Virus record (IMG/VR): IMGVR_UViG_3300031576_000044
Location: 1-61,019 of that record
Length of the DNA: 61,019 nucleotides
Strand: one strand, 5' to 3'
Source of the DNA: a virus
Lineage: Duplodnaviria > Caudoviricetes
The notes beneath the pieces are model-generated. The model was not told where the DNA came from. It made no database searches and saw nothing but the letters and a program-made list of their open reading frames with translations. The stretch's first letter is position 1. Each line of letters begins with the position of its first letter. The position numbers were made by a program, and so were the translations under genes. Of the stretch, positions 56,789 through 61,019 are shown one piece after another.

Positions 56789-57099
56789 GCGTGCCGCCCA
56801 TCTGGATTCAGGTGCCGACGTCCGCTCCGACGCCGGAGGAGGAGATCCGCCGTTTGCGGCGCGACCTGCGGGACGCGCAGGCGCAGACCCACCGGCAGAT
56901 CGCCGTGACGCTTGACTTGCTCAACGCCTTGGACGCGGCGCAGCTCGCGCTCAGCAAGTACGAGATCCAGGCGGCAGTGTTGCGCGCCGACGTCGAGCGG
57001 CTGAAGCAGGAGGCGGAGCGCGGCGTCCGGGTGAACGCGCTCTGCTACCACTGCTCGGCGGTGGTCCGGCTCATGCCGGGGCCCGAGGGGGTAGCGTGA
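56785..57099 (+). CDS. Coiled-coil protein with C-terminal CxxC
   Basis: EEEIRRLRRDL...LCYHC. Confidence 0.55.
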   Translation: MSVPPIWIQVPTSAPTPEEEIRRLRRDLRDAQAQTHRQIAVTLDLLNALDAAQLALSKYEIQAAVLRADVERLKQEAERGVRVNALCYHCSAVVRLMPGPEGVA

Positions 57100-57314
57100 A
57101 GAGCCCTCGATCCGTTCCGCGCCGCGAGAAGATGCGCCGGTACCTGGTGACCATCGCGACGCGCGGCACCTGGGCGCAGCTGCAGGAGGCCTACCAGGTC
57201 GGCGAAGTGGTGACCTACGGCCTCATCGAGAACGACGACCTGGAGGTCGTCATCAAGGACATCCGGGAGGAGAGCCGGAAGCCGGCGCCCCGCGGACGCA
57301 GGAGGCTGCGGTGA
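57096..57314 (+). CDS. Hypothetical protein
   Basis: Coupled ORF. Confidence 0.5.
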   Translation: MKSPRSVPRREKMRRYLVTIATRGTWAQLQEAYQVGEVVTYGLIENDDLEVVIKDIREESRKPAPRGRRRLR

Positions 57315-58051
57315 GCTGGTACCCCAAGCGCGAGAAGCCCTGCCAGGACTGCGGCAAGCCCTTTGTCGGCGGGCCGCCCGCGCGCTATGGGCCGTGCTGC
57401 CGCTGGAAGCACCGCGGCAGGGTGAAGAAGTACTCGTGGACGCCGGAGCGCGACCAGCTGTTGCGCGACCGGTATGACAGCCGCATCCGAAACCGAGCGG
57501 GGGAGATCGCCGTCGAGCTCGGCTGGCCAGGCTGGGCGGTGAAGCGCCGCGCCCAAGAGCTCGGGCTCAGCGTGTCCTGGCCGGCGGACCGGCGCGATTG
57601 GACTCAGGAGGAAGAGGGGTTCCTGCTCGAGCACGCCGGCAGCCGTCACGTCAACTGGATGGCGAAGAAGCTCAAGCGCTCCCTCACGTCGGTCGTGGTC
57701 AAGCTCAAGCGCATGCAGATCTCGCGGCGCTGGCGCGAGGGGTACACCCTGCAGGAGCTCCAGCTGTGCTTCGGCACCGACCATCACGTCATCGACCGCT
57801 GGATCCGAGAGGGGAAGCTCGTCGGGCGCCGGCGAGGAACCGAGCGCAACGGCACGGGCGGGCGTGACGGTGGGCCCGCCGACGCCTGGGTGTTCACCGA
57901 CGAGGACCTGGTCACGTTCATCCGGAACCACCCGATGGCCTTCGAGCTGCGCAAGGTCGACCAGCTGTGGTTCATGGACTTGCTGCTCGCTGGCGGGCTC
58001 ATCCAGAGAGCGCTCGAGGCCGCGCGCGAGGGAGAGGCGCCCGCGGCCTGA
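57311..58051 (+). CDS. Multi-HTH DNA-binding protein
   Basis: Zn ribbon CQDCG; two WTxEx repeats; VIDRWIREGKL. Confidence 0.7.
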   Translation: MSWYPKREKPCQDCGKPFVGGPPARYGPCCRWKHRGRVKKYSWTPERDQLLRDRYDSRIRNRAGEIAVELGWPGWAVKRRAQELGLSVSWPADRRDWTQEEEGFLLEHAGSRHVNWMAKKLKRSLTSVVVKLKRMQISRRWREGYTLQELQLCFGTDHHVIDRWIREGKLVGRRRGTERNGTGGRDGGPADAWVFTDEDLVTFIRNHPMAFELRKVDQLWFMDLLLAGGLIQRALEAAREGEAPAA

Positions 58052-58076
58052 GCGCCGCGGCGACAGGAGGACGAAG

Positions 58077-60842
58077 ATGGCGAAGAGGAAGAGCAGTGAG
58101 ACGGCGGAGCAGCATGGCGGCGGGACGGCGGCGGCGATCGCGGAGGCGCCCCCGCCTGGCGCACAGCAGCTCATCCCTCTCGAAGCCATCCGCATCGGCG
58201 GCGCGAACCCGCGCCGGCACTTCGACGAGGCGAAGATGGCCGAGCTGACCGAGAGCGTCCGCCGGCACGGCGTCCTGCAGCCGGTGCTCGTCCGGCACTG
58301 GCCCGACCCGGGGAGCGACCGCTACGAGCTCGTCGCCGGCGAGCGCCGCTACCGAGCCGCGAGCAAGGCCGGCCTCTCCGAGATCCCGACGCTCATCCGG
58401 GAGCTCTCCGACGCCCAGGCTCTCGAGCTTCAGGTGATCGAGAACCTCCAGCGCGAAGACCTGCACCCGCTCGAGGAGGCTGAGGGCTACCGTCAGCTCC
58501 ACGAGGTCCACGGCTACGCCGTCGAGGACCTGGCCGCCAAGGTCGGCAAGTCCCGGATGTACATCTACGGCCGGCTCAAGCTCTGCGCCCTCTCGAAGCC
58601 GGCCAAGGAAGCCTTCCTCGAAGGGCAGTTCAGCGCCTCGATCGCGCTCCTGCTCACTCGACTACAGGAGCCGCAGCAGGCCGACGCGCTCAAGGAGCTG
58701 AAGCGCTGGGGCGAGGACGGTCCGTCGTATCGCGACTTCGCTGACCATGTGCAGAGCAAGTACATGCTCCGTCTCGACGGCGTGCCCTGGAAGCTCGATG
58801 ATGCCGACCTAGTCCCGAAGGCCGGGCCGTGCACGACCTGTCCCAAGCGCACCGGCAACCAGCCGGAGCTCTTCTCGGACGTCCGGAGTAAAGACGTCTG
58901 TACGGACCCGGGCTGCTATCGAGACAAGCAGGCCGCGACCTGGATGCAGGTGCAGGCCGAGGCGGAGTCCGAAGGCCTCGAGGTCCTCGGCGAGAAGGAG
59001 GTGAAGAAGGCCTTCCCGTACGGCGACCGTCCGGGCCACAACAGCGGCTTCGTCGCCATCACCGAACGGTGCGACGAGTCCCCGAAGGGCGAGAGCTGGC
59101 AGAAGACACTTGGCAAGGCAGCGCCGCCCGCGGTCGTGGCGTGGACGCCTGGCGGCGCCGTGGTCAAGCTCTACCGCGAGAAGGAGGCGCTCGACGCGGC
59201 TCGCGGCAAGGGCTACAAGTGGGCGCAGGCGCACCGTTCGGATGCCGGCTCGGGATCGAGCGACGCGGCCGACCGCCGGCGCATGGCGGAGCAGCGGTTG
59301 AAGGGTGCGGCGCGTCGTGAGGCGATCGGCCGGCTAGTCGCCGCTGCGGAGAAGAGGGAGCCGCCTGCCTCGATCTGGCGCGAGATCGCCGGCGCCATCA
59401 TGGGCGCGGTCTGGGCGCAAGTCTCGCGCGAGATCGCCCAGCGTCGCGGCATCGAGGCAAAGGGCGGAGGCTTCGGCGCCCAAGAAGCGATCAAGAAGCT
59501 CCTGGCGAAGATGACACCTGGGCAGGCCCGAGGCCTCGCCCTCGAGGTCCTGGTTGTGCGCGGCCTGCTGGACTTCGGGAATCGGCACGATGGCGCGCGG
59601 CAGCTCCTCCGCGCGTTCCACATCGACCTCAAGGCAATCGAGAACCAGCTCAAGGTCCAGCAGAGGGCGAAGGCCAAGGAGCCCCGCAAGACTCCCTCTC
59701 AACGCCAGCGCGAGGCCGGGGAAGCCGCAAAGGAGGCAGCCGACCAGGCCGATCTCGCCAAGCTGCCCGACAAGATCCCGGCGCTGGTCGAGGACTACCG
59801 CCGTACGCTGCAGGCCCGGCACAACTTCATGCTCAAGGGCAAGGTCAAGCAGGCGCAGGAGGCGACCCGGCGCCTCGACCTGCTCCAGGCGAAGGCCAAC
59901 GGCGGCAGGAGCTTTGGCTCCGGCGTCGAGACATCGCCAGCGGAGACGCTGCGCAGGCAGACCGCGGCCCCCATCGGGCAGGAGCCGCTCTGGGGCCAGC
60001 TGGGCGTCTTCCGTGTCGAGGTCGACGGCGTCCCCTACTTGGTCGAGCACGACACGTCGATGCACTTGGCCCTCCACGCCGAGCAGGCCTCCATGCGCTG
60101 CATCTCCGAGACCGGGTTTCATAGCTTCTTCCCAGCCACGCCCGGGTCCGACGAGGAGGTGCGCGCTTCCGTCGCCGACTACGTGGTGGAGCTCATCCGT
60201 GAAGAGGTCGCCACGGTCCCGAACCGCTCGGGCGCGCAGCGCGTGCCGCGCCCGGCGAGCAAGCCCCTGCCCTACCCGGAGCGGGTCTACCGCCTGCCGA
60301 AGAAGGGCGAGGGGAGGAAGCTCATCGAGCTTGCGGTGAAGGGCGGCCGGTCCGACGAGGTGCCGACGGCGCCGGCCAAGCACCCGGCCCGTTGCGCGCT
60401 GCGCCCCGCCGTCGGCGCGACCAAGGGCAACCACGCGCCTTGCACGCTCGAGCCCGGCCACAAGGCCAAGCACAAGAACCAGACCGAGAGCTGGACGAGG
60501 TGCGAGAAGCCGGCCGGCCTCCCGGGTGTTCCGCCGAGGGCGGTTCGTTGCCGCGCCTGCAAGGCGAAGCCCGGCTTCCCATGCACCGGCCACACCGGCG
60601 GCCGCAACTCGAAGTTCCACAAGGTCCGCGAGCAGGACGCGACGCGGGTCAGACAGGCCACGCCCGGGATCTGCTGCCGCTGCGGGTGCGTCGAGGCAGC
60701 CGCCTGCCCCGGCGGCTGCGCCTGGGTCAATGCCGACCGGACGGTCTGCAGTTCCTGCGCGACGCCCGAGGAGCTGCGGGCGGCACAGACGATGGGCGGT
60801 GGCGTCCGGCGCGTCGGCGCACTGTCGGACGAGGAGAAGTAG
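58077..60842 (+). CDS. ParB/RepB/Spo0J protein with a long C-terminal extension (KlcB-like region and several Zn fingers)
   Basis: NPRRHFD..GVLQPVLVR..AGERRYRA..ENLQREDL.PLEEA; CTTCPKRTG..CTDPGCY; PLWGQLG..ISETGFHSF; three Cys/His clusters. Confidence 0.85.
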   Translation: MAKRKSSETAEQHGGGTAAAIAEAPPPGAQQLIPLEAIRIGGANPRRHFDEAKMAELTESVRRHGVLQPVLVRHWPDPGSDRYELVAGERRYRAASKAGLSEIPTLIRELSDAQALELQVIENLQREDLHPLEEAEGYRQLHEVHGYAVEDLAAKVGKSRMYIYGRLKLCALSKPAKEAFLEGQFSASIALLLTRLQEPQQADALKELKRWGEDGPSYRDFADHVQSKYMLRLDGVPWKLDDADLVPKAGPCTTCPKRTGNQPELFSDVRSKDVCTDPGCYRDKQAATWMQVQAEAESEGLEVLGEKEVKKAFPYGDRPGHNSGFVAITERCDESPKGESWQKTLGKAAPPAVVAWTPGGAVVKLYREKEALDAARGKGYKWAQAHRSDAGSGSSDAADRRRMAEQRLKGAARREAIGRLVAAAEKREPPASIWREIAGAIMGAVWAQVSREIAQRRGIEAKGGGFGAQEAIKKLLAKMTPGQARGLALEVLVVRGLLDFGNRHDGARQLLRAFHIDLKAIENQLKVQQRAKAKEPRKTPSQRQREAGEAAKEAADQADLAKLPDKIPALVEDYRRTLQARHNFMLKGKVKQAQEATRRLDLLQAKANGGRSFGSGVETSPAETLRRQTAAPIGQEPLWGQLGVFRVEVDGVPYLVEHDTSMHLALHAEQASMRCISETGFHSFFPATPGSDEEVRASVADYVVELIREEVATVPNRSGAQRVPRPASKPLPYPERVYRLPKKGEGRKLIELAVKGGRSDEVPTAPAKHPARCALRPAVGATKGNHAPCTLEPGHKAKHKNQTESWTRCEKPAGLPGVPPRAVRCRACKAKPGFPCTGHTGGRNSKFHKVREQDATRVRQATPGICCRCGCVEAAACPGGCAWVNADRTVCSSCATPEELRAAQTMGGGVRRVGALSDEEK

Positions 60843-60900
60843 CGTCATGGCCAAACGCTCGTTCAGCGGCGCCCCGACTGCGCCCCGCCACCCGCGCGCG
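60781..60900 (+). repeat. Exact repeat of bases 1-120 (circularisation overlap)
   Basis: Direct comparison: cggcacagacgatggg...cccgcgcgcg. Confidence 0.97.
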
Positions 60901-61019
60901 GCCGTGGGTAAGACAGAGATCGCCTGGACCGATTGGACCTGGTCGCCGATCGTCGGCTGCCGGCGGGTCAGCCCTGGGTGCGAGCACTGCTACGCGGAGA
61001 GGCTCGCGGCCACGCGCCT
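60901..61019 (+). repeat. Exact repeat of bases 1150-1268 (alternative junction skipping 121-1149)
   Basis: gccgtgggtaagacagag...cacgcgcct matches 1150-1268. Confidence 0.95.

Larger units (their letters stand above)
1..60780. mobile_element. Complete temperate phage genome in circular/excised form (siphovirus-like)
   Basis: Head, tail, lysis, integration and replication modules all present; 60781-60900 identical to 1-120; attP is internal and unsplit; no host genes. Confidence 0.93.

Noticed and set aside
60781-60900. Physical direct terminal repeat of virion DNA
   Set aside because: Length is k-mer-like, it starts inside the ParB gene, and it is followed by a second duplicated block; more likely an assembly overlap
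1-61019. CRISPR array, diversity-generating retroelement or retron
   Set aside because: No regularly spaced repeats, reverse transcriptase motifs or TR/VR pair seen by eye

Overview
The window is an essentially complete, circular, excised genome (about 60.8 kb; GC very high by eye) of a temperate, long-tailed (siphovirus-like) phage. Bases 60781-60900 repeat 1-120, closing the circle. Bases 60901-61019 repeat 1150-1268, which implies a second allele lacking 121-1149 or an assembly artefact. Gene order: DUF5131, HerA-like ATPase, HNH and replication initiator; MuF-like protein, ParB-methyltransferase, TerS, TerL, portal, scaffold and capsid; neck, tail tube, chaperone with a -1 frameshift, tape measure, Dit-like and hub proteins. 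Next come five tail-region genes, including a PhoD phosphatase, whose products unexpectedly carry signal peptides, most with clustered cysteines. A lysis region follows (holin-like proteins, NlpC/P60-CHAP endolysin, two lipoproteins) that continues into a phospholipase A2-like gene coupled to an intact caspase-family protease. Then a reverse-strand lysogeny operon (HTH repressor plus exported proteins), RHH, Xis, tyrosine integrase and attP (3' half of tRNA-Met), and an early operon (RecT, SbcC-like ATPase, UvrD, RusA, a large ParB fusion). The best candidates for undescribed biology are the exported tail-region cluster, the PLA2-caspase pair, and an attP placed so that excision connects promoters to the early operon. 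All calls come from motif recognition by eye; no searches were run.
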